64,000 nucleotides of DNA, taken from the NCBI GenBank assembly GCA_963843145.1, contig CAWJJC010000028.1, positions 608,001 to 672,000 of the forward strand, read 5' to 3'. Under the pieces are notes generated by a model. It had not been told where the DNA came from, made no database searches, and saw only the letters and a list, made by a program, of their open reading frames with translations. Of this stretch, positions 21,171 through 30,145 are shown in pieces. A program made the translations under genes and the position numbers. The number at the start of each line of letters is the position of its first letter. Positions within the stretch are counted from its first letter, which is position 1. This DNA is from an uncultured delta proteobacterium (lineage in GTDB: Bacteria > Desulfobacterota > RBG-13-43-22).

Positions 21171-21228
21171 GGAAGATGGAAGATAAAACGGCCGTTCACG
21201 AGTCGTTAGATGTGAGGGTGATTTGGGA

Positions 21229-21483
21229 CTAGGCGCTTTTTCTCACGTCCTCACCTATCTCGTAAAGAAACTCTGGAGCGAAATCAGCTCCATTCGGCCA
21301 TTCAATTGTACCCGTGTCGGGATTAACCCGGACTTTTTTGAAAAACTCAATTTCATTTAAGGGCTTAAAGATCTCGCCATTCAATTCATTCTTCAATTCA
21401 AGATCCTTGATCTTTCCGTCATTAAATTCCAGCCGTAATTGGTAATCCTTTAAATATAAGACACTAGATACATGCAAAAACAT
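21229..21483 (-). CDS. DUF2442 family protein (TA-associated)
   Basis: YQLRLEFNDG..GEIFKPL..GTIEWPNGADFAPEFLY. Confidence 0.85.
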   Translation of the reverse strand: MFLHVSSVLYLKDYQLRLEFNDGKIKDLELKNELNGEIFKPLNEIEFFKKVRVNPDTGTIEWPNGADFAPEFLYEIGEDVRKSA

Positions 21484-21565
21484 CTCAGACTCCTCATTCT
21501 GGATTGCTTTCTTCAACGAAAGGGGAAGCGCGAAGAAGAGTGTTCTCCCGTCAAACAAGCGTTGT

Positions 21566-21733
21566 TTATGGTTTCCTTCCCCTCACATATTCCGAAATAT
21601 AAGCCATCCCCACCAAGAATACCGCAATCAGGACCGTGAATAAGGAAAGACGTTGAAAAAAGAAACGGCTCATCAGGACGGCCAGGCCGACCCCGAATAC
21701 CGCCCGAATAAGAAATTTTACGAAACCGGACAT
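21566..21733 (-). CDS. 55-aa two-TM protein, copy 1
   Basis: MSGFVKFLIRAVFGVG...YVRGRKP; GGAAGGA RBS; same protein as 22967-23134. Confidence 0.7.
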   Translation of the reverse strand: MSGFVKFLIRAVFGVGLAVLMSRFFFQRLSLFTVLIAVFLVGMAYISEYVRGRKP

Positions 21734-22013
21734 AAGCGATTCCTTCCCATTAATACAAAAATAGCCCCAACTCCTGTCATTGCGAGCGAAGCGAAGCAAT
21801 CCCCATCGACAGATCAATGGCTTGGGGGAACAGAATCCATTAAGATCTTCAACATGAAAGGAAACGGCAAGGATTTCTTTGCCCGGCACAACGGAGTTGT
21901 TCCTCGACCCCTTTCCAGGCGTTGATCATAGCGGGTCGGAGAGAATCTGTTCCAGCGGGTGTTCATTAGAATTGTATTATTGACGTATAACGTATAATGT
22001 GCTAGCGTACTGT

Positions 22014-22295
22014 ATGATCATCAGTTTCCGGAATAAGCGGACCCGCGCGTTTTTCGAAGGCGAGCGGGTTAAGACGTTTCAGGGGTTTGAGCGGCAAGCC
22101 ATGCTGCGGCTCGAACGGCTCCACGCGGCGGACCGTCTCAGGGCTCTTAACACCCCCGGAAACCGGCTTGAAGCCCTCAAGGGTGATCGCAAAGGGCAGC
22201 ACAGCATCCGCATCAATGACCAGTGGCGGATTTGCTTCGAATGGCCAGAGAACTCCCCAGGGCCGCTTGATGTGGAAATTGTGGACTATCACTAG
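22014..22295 (+). CDS. higB: HigB/RelE-family toxin
   Basis: MIISFRNK, PGNRLEALKGDRKGQHSIRINDQWRICF, IVDYH. Confidence 0.93.
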   Translation: MIISFRNKRTRAFFEGERVKTFQGFERQAMLRLERLHAADRLRALNTPGNRLEALKGDRKGQHSIRINDQWRICFEWPENSPGPLDVEIVDYH

Positions 22296-22305
22296 GAGGT
22301 TAGCA

Positions 22306-22617
22306 ATGGCAAGAATTATCATTCACCCAGGGGAACACCTGGCCGACGAGTTAAAGGCGCTTGGCATGAGTGCCAACGAGCTGGCGAAAGAATTGGGCGT
22401 GCCGACGAATCGGCTTACTCAGATCATACGAGGCAAACGGGGAATCACCGGCGACACGGCCCTGCGTCTTGGCCGGTGGTTCGGCACGGGTCCGGATATC
22501 TGGATCAATCTGCAAAAAAATTATGAGCTGCGGCTGGCATCGATGGAGATAGGTGACGCGCTGAAAAAAATTCCCCAGCATTACGGTAAGAGGACGAACG
22601 GCGAACTACGCCCTTGA
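22306..22617 (+). CDS. higA: HigA antitoxin (HTH)
   Basis: HPGEHL, ITGDTALRLGRWFGT, WINLQ; GGAGG RBS. Confidence 0.93.
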   Translation: MARIIIHPGEHLADELKALGMSANELAKELGVPTNRLTQIIRGKRGITGDTALRLGRWFGTGPDIWINLQKNYELRLASMEIGDALKKIPQHYGKRTNGELRP

Positions 22618-22651
22618 TATCAAACGACAAAATACAGAAGGAAAACAGAAA

Positions 22652-22852
22652 GTGAGAACCACCCTGGATTTGCCGGAAGACCTCTTGAAGGAGGTTAGGA
22701 CCCTGGCCGGAACCAGATCGAAGACCGCGGCGGTGGTCCTGGCCCTAAAAGACTTCATGGACCATAAAAAAATCGAAGAACTGAGGAAGTTGCGGAGTTC
22801 GGTCATCGTTGAGCACGATCTTGCCGCGCTCCGTCATACTCGAAACCGCTGA
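22652..22852 (+). CDS. VapB-like RHH antitoxin (DUF2191-type)
   Basis: MRTTLDLPEDLL..SKTAAVVLAL. Confidence 0.8.
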   Translation: MRTTLDLPEDLLKEVRTLAGTRSKTAAVVLALKDFMDHKKIEELRKLRSSVIVEHDLAALRHTRNR

Positions 22853-22959
22853 TGGTCCTGGTTGATACCTCGGTCTGGATTGCTTTTTTCAAAGAAATTC
22901 CATCTGACATCTGGTCCGATATGATCAAAATTCAAGAATGGGAGTTGAACCTCAGCTAG
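22852..22959 (+). pseudogene. Truncated PIN-domain toxin
   Basis: MVLVDTSVWIAFF, then stop after 35 aa; overlaps the antitoxin stop. Confidence 0.75.
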
Positions 22960-22966
22960 GCGTAGT

Positions 22967-23134
22967 TTACGGTTTCCTTCCTCTCACATATTCCGAAATA
23001 TAAGCCATCCCCACCAAGAATACCGCAATCAGGACCGTGAATAAGGAAAGACGTTGAAAAAAGAAACGGCTCATCAAGACGGCCAGGCCGACCCCGAATA
23101 CCGCCCGAATAAGAAATTTTACGAAACCGGACAT
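22967..23134 (-). CDS. 55-aa two-TM protein, copy 2
   Basis: Same protein as 21566-21733. Confidence 0.7.
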   Translation of the reverse strand: MSGFVKFLIRAVFGVGLAVLMSRFFFQRLSLFTVLIAVFLVGMAYISEYVRGRKP

Positions 23135-23150
23135 GATCGATTCCTTCCCA

Positions 23151-23497
23151 TTAATACGAAAATAGCCCCAACTCCGGTCATTGCGAGCCCGGACCTGATC
23201 CGGGGGAAGCAATCCCCATCGACAGCTTAGGGGAACCCGGGAGCCCGTTGGGGGATTGCTTCGTCGCTCCACTCCTCGCAATGACGTCTCTGCTGGCAAG
23301 TCCGTGTATTTTCATGCTTCGTGGGTGGCATGGGCCATGGGGGTTTAATACGAAAATAAAACTTGGTACCACTTAGGCACTCAATAATAATTAATAATTA
23401 ACAATTGATTATTAATTATTAATATCAAGAAGTTAAGCTGTCTTCTGCCTCCATTATTTTCATGCTTCGGGGTGCCCGCCCCGGGCATGGAGGGTTA
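23151..23497 (+). mobile_element. Two tandem TTAATACGAAAATA...TATTTTCATGCTTCG mini-elements
   Basis: Unit 1 carries a GTCATTGCGAG REP; unit 2 carries AT-rich heptamer IRs; junction at ~23345. Confidence 0.65.
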
Positions 23498-24697
23498 AGA
23501 CCTGAGCAATATTTTCCGGAGCCAGTCCAGGGCCATGACCGTAACCCGATCGGCCAAAATGTCCGGGGGCCCGCCGATGGGGTGTTCATAATTTTCCGAA
23601 CGGTTCTCCCGGGCGAAACCCAAATGCAAAACCTGTCGGCCGGCGTTTTCCGCTACGAAAATCCCTAACCCGCAATCCACTGAAAGCGCTTTCCTGATGG
23701 ACCGGGCCAAGGACAGGCCGGGCTTCTTCTTTACTCTTTTTAGATTCAGGGGCCAGTCGGCCAAATGCTGGATGACCCAGCCACCCTTGACCCGGGGGCT
23801 CGGGGTGGCTTGGAGACGCTGAAAAATACGTCCGCCGGTATAGGCGTCGGCCACCGCCAAGGACAGCCCCTGCTGCTCCAGTTGGCGGGCAACAGTACCC
23901 TCCAGGGTATCCGCGTCTTCCCCAAAAATGACAGGCCCCAATCGTTCACGGATCTGATCGGCTACCGTCTGAATAAGTTTTTGCGTGGCTTCCCGGTTTT
24001 TGCCCCTGGCGGTCAGCCGGATTCGGATTTCTCCCGGAGAGGCTAAGAGGCCGATGACCGGGTTCGTGCTCTCCCGGATCAGGTCCCCGATCTGTTCATC
24101 CACCCGGCTTTCACCCAGGCCGCAGACCTTCAAGACCTTATATTCGATCAATCCCCGGGCCGTCCCCATTTTCTTTTGAAGAAAGGGGGCGATGGATTCA
24201 GACCACATTCGTTTTAGCTCTCGGGGCACCCCCGGGACGGTGATGATCAGATGGTCTTTTTCGGTTTCCAGGATAAACCCCGGGGCCGTGCCGATCGGGT
24301 TGAGCAGGGTTTGGGCGCGGGCCGGGATATAGGCCTGCTTGCGGTTATTGGGGGCCATGACAAATCCCGCCAGATCGAAATACCCCTGGATAATCCGCAG
24401 CAACCGGGGATGGAAAACCAGCTTTCGGCCGGTGATCCGGGCGATTACTTCCCGGGTCAGGTCGTCTTCGGTTGGGCCGATGCCTCCGGTAGTCATAACG
24501 ATCCGGGAGCGTTTCAGTGCCCGGGACAGCACCTCGGCCATGCGCCGAGGGTCATCCCCCACCTGACTGGAATAACGGACTTCGATCCCCAGTTCCTGGA
24601 ACCGGGCGGCCAGATAGGAGGTGTTGGTATCGATGATCTGCCCCAGCAAAAGTTCAGAGCCGATGGCCACAATCTCGGCGGTCCAGTCTTTCGGCAT
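23495..24697 (-). CDS. cinA: CinA family protein (NMN deamidase-like domain appears degenerate)
   Basis: IGSELLLGQIIDTN, TGGIGPTEDDLT, PGVPRE; the C-domain has ADAYTGG instead of AESCTGG. Confidence 0.88.
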   Translation of the reverse strand: MPKDWTAEIVAIGSELLLGQIIDTNTSYLAARFQELGIEVRYSSQVGDDPRRMAEVLSRALKRSRIVMTTGGIGPTEDDLTREVIARITGRKLVFHPRLLRIIQGYFDLAGFVMAPNNRKQAYIPARAQTLLNPIGTAPGFILETEKDHLIITVPGVPRELKRMWSESIAPFLQKKMGTARGLIEYKVLKVCGLGESRVDEQIGDLIRESTNPVIGLLASPGEIRIRLTARGKNREATQKLIQTVADQIRERLGPVIFGEDADTLEGTVARQLEQQGLSLAVADAYTGGRIFQRLQATPSPRVKGGWVIQHLADWPLNLKRVKKKPGLSLARSIRKALSVDCGLGIFVAENAGRQVLHLGFARENRSENYEHPIGGPPDILADRVTVMALDWLRKILLRS

Positions 24698-24915
24698 GCG
24701 CGCCCTCCATTTTTTGGATCAGCTTGCTGGAAGATCGAAGAAAAGTCAACCCCCAGGTCCGGGATATCGTTTCTAGATTATTTTTCTAAATTTTATACCA
24801 GACTTTCCGAACTCAAGTGAACCAGGCGCTCAAAAAATGGCGGGGGGACGGGACCCTGGAAGCGGTCCTCCTTAAATGGCTGCCGGGAAACTACTTGAAG
24901 ATCTTTAAATAGTCT

Positions 24916-25215
24916 TATTAACCTTCTCATAATTGTATTTACACGAATTTTACTCTTTATCTCTCGCCCGCTTCGCTCGAGTTCGCAGAGGGCGCAGAGA
25001 AAGATGAATTTAGTCTTTGAAAAATCGCTGAGACGCCGATTTTTCAAAAAAACTCACGCCTCCGGCGGGGTCTCATTCGCGGAGCGGGAGATTTTTTTTG
25101 ATTGCCGCCCCGCCTAGGCGGGGTCAGCGGCAATCAAAAATTAACTATTCTCTGCGATCCCTGTGCGCTCTGCGAGAGATCGTCTTTTGTCTTACGTTGT
25201 GACTGGGTGGCTTTT
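24916..25215. repeat. Dispersed intergenic element, copy 2 (with an extra ~50-bp internal segment)
   Basis: Matches 19661-19905. Confidence 0.8.
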
Positions 25216-25219
25216 CGGA

Positions 25220-26476
25220 TTACTGACTGGTAATTTGATGAATACTGCCCCCCGGGTAATCGGCTACATACAGATTCCCCGCCTGATCCTCGCCAAAGGT
25301 AGAGATGCCGAAGGGGGCGGTTTGCAGTAGATTGGTGAACCAGGTACCGTTTAAGCGCTGCAATCCACGAATATTGCCGGAACAAATATCGCCATAAAAA
25401 TAAATATCCTGCATAGCGGCATTGCCCGGGCCGCGATAGACATACCCGCCGGTGATGGAACAATCCGGGGAGTGGGGGTACTCCGTCACCGGGGAAGAGT
25501 ACCGTAGGGGCGCAACGCACCCCACGGGCGGGTCAAAGCAATGCAATCCTTCCAGGATGTTCCAGCCGTAATTCTCCCCTCCCTGGCTGTTTGCCGGCTG
25601 AAAGTCAACCTCCTCCCAGAGGTTCTGACCCACGTCGCCAATGTAGAGGTCGCCCGTCTGCCGGTCGAAAGAAAAACGCCAGGGATTCCGAAGTCCCAGT
25701 GCCCAGATTTCGCCTCGATATCCGGGTGTAACCACATAGGGGTTGGTGGCGGGGATGCTGTAGTTAAGAGCAGGTCCCGATTTGAATATCAAAGGGAAAT
25801 AGGTTTTAAATAAAGCTGATACCGGGATGTTGACCGGCTCCACATCGATTCGAAGCAGTTTTGCTAATAGCACGCCGGGGTTCTGACCGTTCTTGAAGGG
25901 ATCGCCCCCGCTGCCGCCGTCCCCGGTGCCGATATAGAGGTAGCCATCCGGCCCAAACTGCAGTTGTCCCCCATTGTGGTTGGAAAAGGTGGGGTGCTCG
26001 ATGGTCAGGATGATCTCCTCACTGTTCGGATCGGCCACATCCGGGTTGGACGTCGGCCGGTAGCGGGCGATGACCAGCGTTCCGGTCGGGTTGGTATAAT
26101 AAACGTAAAAGCGGTTTCTGGTGGATCCGTAGCCCGGGGGGAAGGCCACGCTCAACAAACCCTGTTCCCCTCCGGGATTGCCCAAACGAGCGGCTATGTC
26201 CAGGAAGGGAGTCGGCAGCAGGGCGCCGTTTTTTATGATTCGGATTCGGCCTGGTTGTTCGGTGACGAAGACCCGGGAACTGTTGTCGCCGGCGTGGGTG
26301 ATGGAAGTGGGTTGGGTCAAACCGCCGACGATTGGAACGAGCGAGAGGGTCGGCCAGGATTGGGCCTGGGCCGATTTCAGTCCCATGGGTCCAAACAACA
26401 GCCAGAGGCCGGCTGCGGATAGGATCAAGCACGGGAAAGATAGTCCAAATACCCTATTTTGTTTTTTTCTAAACAT
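25220..26476 (-). CDS. PQQ-dependent sugar dehydrogenase (glucose/sorbosone DH family), secreted
   Basis: Signal peptide; EQGLLSVAF, NHNGGQLQFGPDGYLYIGTGDGG, GLRNPWRFSFD. Confidence 0.92.
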   Translation of the reverse strand: MFRKKQNRVFGLSFPCLILSAAGLWLLFGPMGLKSAQAQSWPTLSLVPIVGGLTQPTSITHAGDNSSRVFVTEQPGRIRIIKNGALLPTPFLDIAARLGNPGGEQGLLSVAFPPGYGSTRNRFYVYYTNPTGTLVIARYRPTSNPDVADPNSEEIILTIEHPTFSNHNGGQLQFGPDGYLYIGTGDGGSGGDPFKNGQNPGVLLAKLLRIDVEPVNIPVSALFKTYFPLIFKSGPALNYSIPATNPYVVTPGYRGEIWALGLRNPWRFSFDRQTGDLYIGDVGQNLWEEVDFQPANSQGGENYGWNILEGLHCFDPPVGCVAPLRYSSPVTEYPHSPDCSITGGYVYRGPGNAAMQDIYFYGDICSGNIRGLQRLNGTWFTNLLQTAPFGISTFGEDQAGNLYVADYPGGSIHQITSQ

Positions 26477-26668
26477 GCCCAAAACGTTCTTTCTCCTCCC
26501 TCTCGCCCGGCAGGAGAGGTTATGGATAGGAGCTAAGATTTGTTTTGCATGCCTTATAAAAATAATTTAACATAAGATAAGATCTTTGTCATCTGGGATT
26601 AATACCACGAATTGCTCCGGATTTTCCCAGGCCAAGAATTATGAATTCAAAAACAAAGAGGAGAAATT

Positions 26669-27425
26669 ATGAAAAAAGATAAACTGGTTTTTCGACGATT
26701 CAATGGGTTTCTCTGGCTCGCCCTGGTCTTGACGACCGGTTTGCTTTTTAATTTCAACCCCGCCCTGGGGCAGGGAACGAAACCCCTCGTTGGGCTGAAC
26801 GCCACCACGCACACCAACCGATTTTCTTTATTTGCCGGTGATTTCAAAAGATGTAGGTGCCTGCCCGCAGACCGTTTGTAATGGAGATTTTGAGAATGGT
26901 CCGGATGGTTCCTGGGCCATTGCTTCGAGCAATGCCTTGGAAGCCTTTGTGATTGTAAATTTAACCGATTATGATGGTTTTCCCAATCATAGCGGTAATT
27001 TTTCCGCTTGGTTGGGTGGAGATCCCGCTGAGGTTACCACGATCACTCAACAAATCACTGTCCCCGGGGATGCCACTCAGCTCGTTTATTGGTATTGGAT
27101 CCAGTCCGACGACAGTTGCGGGGAGAGTACGGCGACGGTTTACCTCGACACCACCCCCTTAAAGGCCTACGATTTGTGCCAGGTGACAACGGACTGGACG
27201 AAGGAAACGATAGCTATTCCCGCTGATTTTCAGGGAAAAACGGTGAATTTGATTTTTAAGGCGGAAACCGCCAACTACAGCAACTTTTTCTTGGATGATG
27301 TGTCCATCCTGGGAACCATGTCGCCGGTGTCGATGAAAGACCCGGGACAGACTTCTAACGCCAGAAGGCCTTTTTCTCCCGTGTTGAGAAAGTCTCCCAA
27401 GCCTTCGGCGGAGAAAGGCCAATAA
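26669..27425 (+). CDS. Secreted beta-sandwich (carbohydrate-binding/MAM-like) protein, +1 frameshift near 26800-26820
   Basis: Signal peptide in ORF 26669; the next frame gives DFLYLPVISK..NGDFENG..W..AWLGG..FFLDDVSI. Confidence 0.65.
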
Positions 27426-27441
27426 GGCCTCCAGGGTCGAC

Positions 27442-27748
27442 GGGTCTCGGCGAAAGGGTTTCCCCCGTCCCGGGAGCGACCCAATGCCGTTAACTTAAGG
27501 GTATTTCCCCTGCCTACAGCGTCACCCCGGTCCCGCCATCCGCGGCATAGACTCCAGCCGGGGTGCAGAAAGCCTGCAAAATCTGGATTCCGGCCATTCG
27601 ACTAAGCTCATGGCCCTGAGTAAGCCGAAGGGCTTCCGCCGGAATGACGGCAACGACTTAATTTTTGGACTAATTCTGTTAAGTTAACGGCATTGGGTTA
27701 GAACCTAAAAAGTCCTTCCTTAAGCGGGAGAAGACCCTTTCGCCGAGA
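27442..27748. mobile_element. Three-level nest: GGGTCTCGGCGAAAGGGT-IR element > IS4-like MITE (27480-27697) > REP (27520-27649)
   Basis: CCCAATGCCGTTAACTTAA/TTAAGTTAACGGCATTGGG IR resembles IS4 ends; the outer IR is shared with the 12666 element. Confidence 0.72.
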
Positions 27749-27887
27749 ACTAAAGAGGCCTGCTCCCAGAGTCAGAAAGCAGGCCCCTCCATTCAATTTT
27801 ATTTATAGCACCCCTTGGTAGATGCTAAGACGTAGTGTCCTCTTCTTGAAGATTAATTATATATTTCCTATAGTCAGGAAATATTCA

Positions 27888-28382
27888 TCAGGCCCCCAAT
27901 GCCCCCCGTATTTCCTTCAGATGATCGATGTGAAACCCGACATGATAATCCACCAGGGCGGAAATCCATTCGGCCAGGGTGGGGTATTCGCCGAGGGGCG
28001 TTTCTTTCAATAGGGGAACATGGGCCTTGCGGTTGAGTTGATCAGTAGACAATCCGGCGGCGAAATCCGCAATCCGGCTATATTCCTTTTCAAACTCCGC
28101 CAGGAGGGCGGCAAAGGTCATTTGGGCCCGCCTGTCCGTGAAATAAGGGTTCTCCGCCTCGATGTCAAATCGGGGGGTGTCCTGATCCAGGAAGCCCTGC
28201 AGCATGGGCAGATAACCGATTCCGTCGGGGCCGCTGATATGCGAGACAATCTGTTTAGCGGACCAGCGCCCTTCGGGGGCCCGGGAGGCGGTCTCCTCAT
28301 CCAAGTCTTTGGCAATAGCCAAAAAATCACCCAATTTTTGCCTGACCAATCCCGCCAATTCCTCTGCTTTGCTCTCGGCCAT
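27888..28382 (-). CDS. DinB family protein
   Basis: PEGRWSAKQIVSHI ... YHVGFHIDHL. Confidence 0.85.
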   Translation of the reverse strand: MAESKAEELAGLVRQKLGDFLAIAKDLDEETASRAPEGRWSAKQIVSHISGPDGIGYLPMLQGFLDQDTPRFDIEAENPYFTDRRAQMTFAALLAEFEKEYSRIADFAAGLSTDQLNRKAHVPLLKETPLGEYPTLAEWISALVDYHVGFHIDHLKEIRGALGA

Positions 28383-28437
28383 TTCTTTCTCCTTTCAATC
28401 GGAAGATCTCATTTTTTGTTTAATAAAATGGAGCTGA

Positions 28438-29100
28438 TCATCGGGTCAGCCATTGATGAAGAGGTTCCCGGGGCAGCTCCGACTCCTGGACCATTTCCCG
28501 GGCGATTTTTTCGAACAGGGAAGAGAGGGCTTCACCCACCCGCTTCCCTACCCCCTCTTCGGTCCGAGGATCAAGTATTAAGCGGTCGGATGGAATAGGA
28601 ACTTCATAAACCTTTTCCCACGGGATTTTCCCCGGGCGAATCAGGCGGAGGCGGGCCTTTATTATCCCTTGGATATCCAGGAAGAAAGCCCGGGGGCGAT
28701 AACTATAATTCACGTACTCCAGGGCAAGCCGGAAGTCTTCAAGCCTTAACTCAATAACCAGTGGGAACGTACCTTCTCCGGAATAGGTGGGTATAACCTG
28801 AATCTCTTGAAAAAGCTGTGAAAAAGTCTGGTTGGCCGCTTGGGTAAAAGCCTCTCCCAGAGGAAGCTCAAAGGGACGGATAAAATCGGATACGGGCATC
28901 GGGCTGGAAGGGATATAGTCAGGGCTTTTATAGCGATAACTCCGGGTATCCATGGGAATATACAAGGCCGCCTTTAAGGGAAGGGGCTTGGAAATGCCCA
29001 TTTTGCCAAGGTGAGGCTCTACAGAAACCTGTAAAGTGGTGGCACAACCTCCGGCAAAAAAAAGCAGGGTAAACGCCCCAATAATGATCCAGTTTTTCAT
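28438..29100 (-). CDS. Hypothetical lipoprotein
   Basis: Hydrophobic signal with lipobox AGGC. Confidence 0.8.
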   Translation of the reverse strand: MKNWIIIGAFTLLFFAGGCATTLQVSVEPHLGKMGISKPLPLKAALYIPMDTRSYRYKSPDYIPSSPMPVSDFIRPFELPLGEAFTQAANQTFSQLFQEIQVIPTYSGEGTFPLVIELRLEDFRLALEYVNYSYRPRAFFLDIQGIIKARLRLIRPGKIPWEKVYEVPIPSDRLILDPRTEEGVGKRVGEALSSLFEKIAREMVQESELPREPLHQWLTR

Positions 29101-29211
29101 TACAAGCTCCTAAAGTGCTAAGGTTGAATTGGTCCTCTATCTAAAATTAATTTTTAGATCATTTTAAGACACAACCCGAGGAAAATCAAGAAACTCCGGC
29201 TAGGAAAAAAA

Positions 29212-29244
29212 TTGATTGACAAGTCAATCAAAATTAGATAAGGT
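29212..29244 (+). promoter_or_regulatory. TetR operator palindrome overlapping a sigma70 promoter
   Basis: TTGATTGAC-AA-GTCAATCAA covers TTGACA; TAAGGT lies 17 nt downstream, just before the tetR ATG. Confidence 0.7.
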
Positions 29245-29250
29245 CAAAGC

Positions 29251-29896
29251 ATGAAAAAAGATAACGGCCAGCTTCGCACGGAAAAACAAGCGGTTATCTT
29301 TGACGCGGCCCTGAAGGTCTTTCGGCAGAAGGGGTTCCATAAGGCGCGGATTGCCGATATCGCCTCGGAAGCCGGGATCTCCTACGGGTTGGTTTATCAC
29401 TACTACCATAACAAAGAGGGCCTGTTTAACACCATCCTCAATCAGTGGTGGGAAGACCTTTATCAGTTATTGATAGAGACCCAGAAAGGGGGAGAGGACC
29501 TCCAGCGGCAGCTTCGAAAAATCATCCTCTATTTTCTTGATACCTATCAAAATAAACCGGACTTGATTCATATATTTATCAATGAGATCTCCCGGTCCTC
29601 CAGCAACCTTAAAACCCGCCTGGAATACTTTAAGAAGTTTATGTCCATTACCGAAGGGATCATGGCCGCGGGCCAAAAGGCCGGCAGTCTCCGGCAGGAT
29701 ATTGAGGCCCATTACCTGACCTATATTTTCCTGGGGGCCATGGAGACCTTCATCTCGGTGATGGTTTACGGCGAACAGAAAATTAAAAACGATCGAGCAA
29801 AAAGAGCGGATCACTCATAGCCTGATGGAAGTTTTTTTAAACGGGGCCAAGCGGAACAAAAACTACCAAAAATATTGGAAATATTTTTGGCTGTAA
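29251..29896 (+). CDS. TetR/AcrR family regulator (FadR-like); +1 frameshift in an A-run near 29800
   Basis: IFDAALKVFRQKGF..IASEAGISYGLVYHYY; the last helix ERITHSLMEVFLNG is in the next frame. Confidence 0.88.
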
Positions 29897-29921
29897 TAAA
29901 AACCACTTTGAAAGTTTTAAG

Positions 29922-30054
29922 TTGATAAACTCGCAAAAAGTCGTCACCCCGGTGAAAACCGGGGTCCAGTGATTTGATAACTAGTTATCTCCTGGATTCC
30001 GACTTTCGTCGGAATGACGAAAGGTTCTTTCGGTGACACTTTGCGAACCATCAA
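29922..30054. mobile_element. MITE with GAT..CTCGCAAAAAGTC-type IRs enclosing a REP
   Basis: ttgataaactcgcaaaaagtc ... gacactttgcgaaccatcaa; a solo related end at 36549-36569. Confidence 0.65.
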
Positions 30055-30071
30055 AGCAAACGTCTTATTAT

Positions 30072-30131
30072 TTAGATTTTTACATTCATTGTTAGAGACA
30101 TATTCTCAGAACAATGAATGTAAAAATCTAA
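30072..30131. repeat. Perfect 22-bp inverted repeat with 16-nt spacer
   Basis: TTAGATTTTTACATTCATTGTT / AACAATGAATGTAAAAATCTAA. Confidence 0.85.
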
Positions 30132-30145
30132 GCATCGGAGCCATC

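Noticed and set aside
21201-21212. GTTAGAT as an attC core
   Set aside because: No matching RYYYAAC inverse core or attC-like hairpin found upstream
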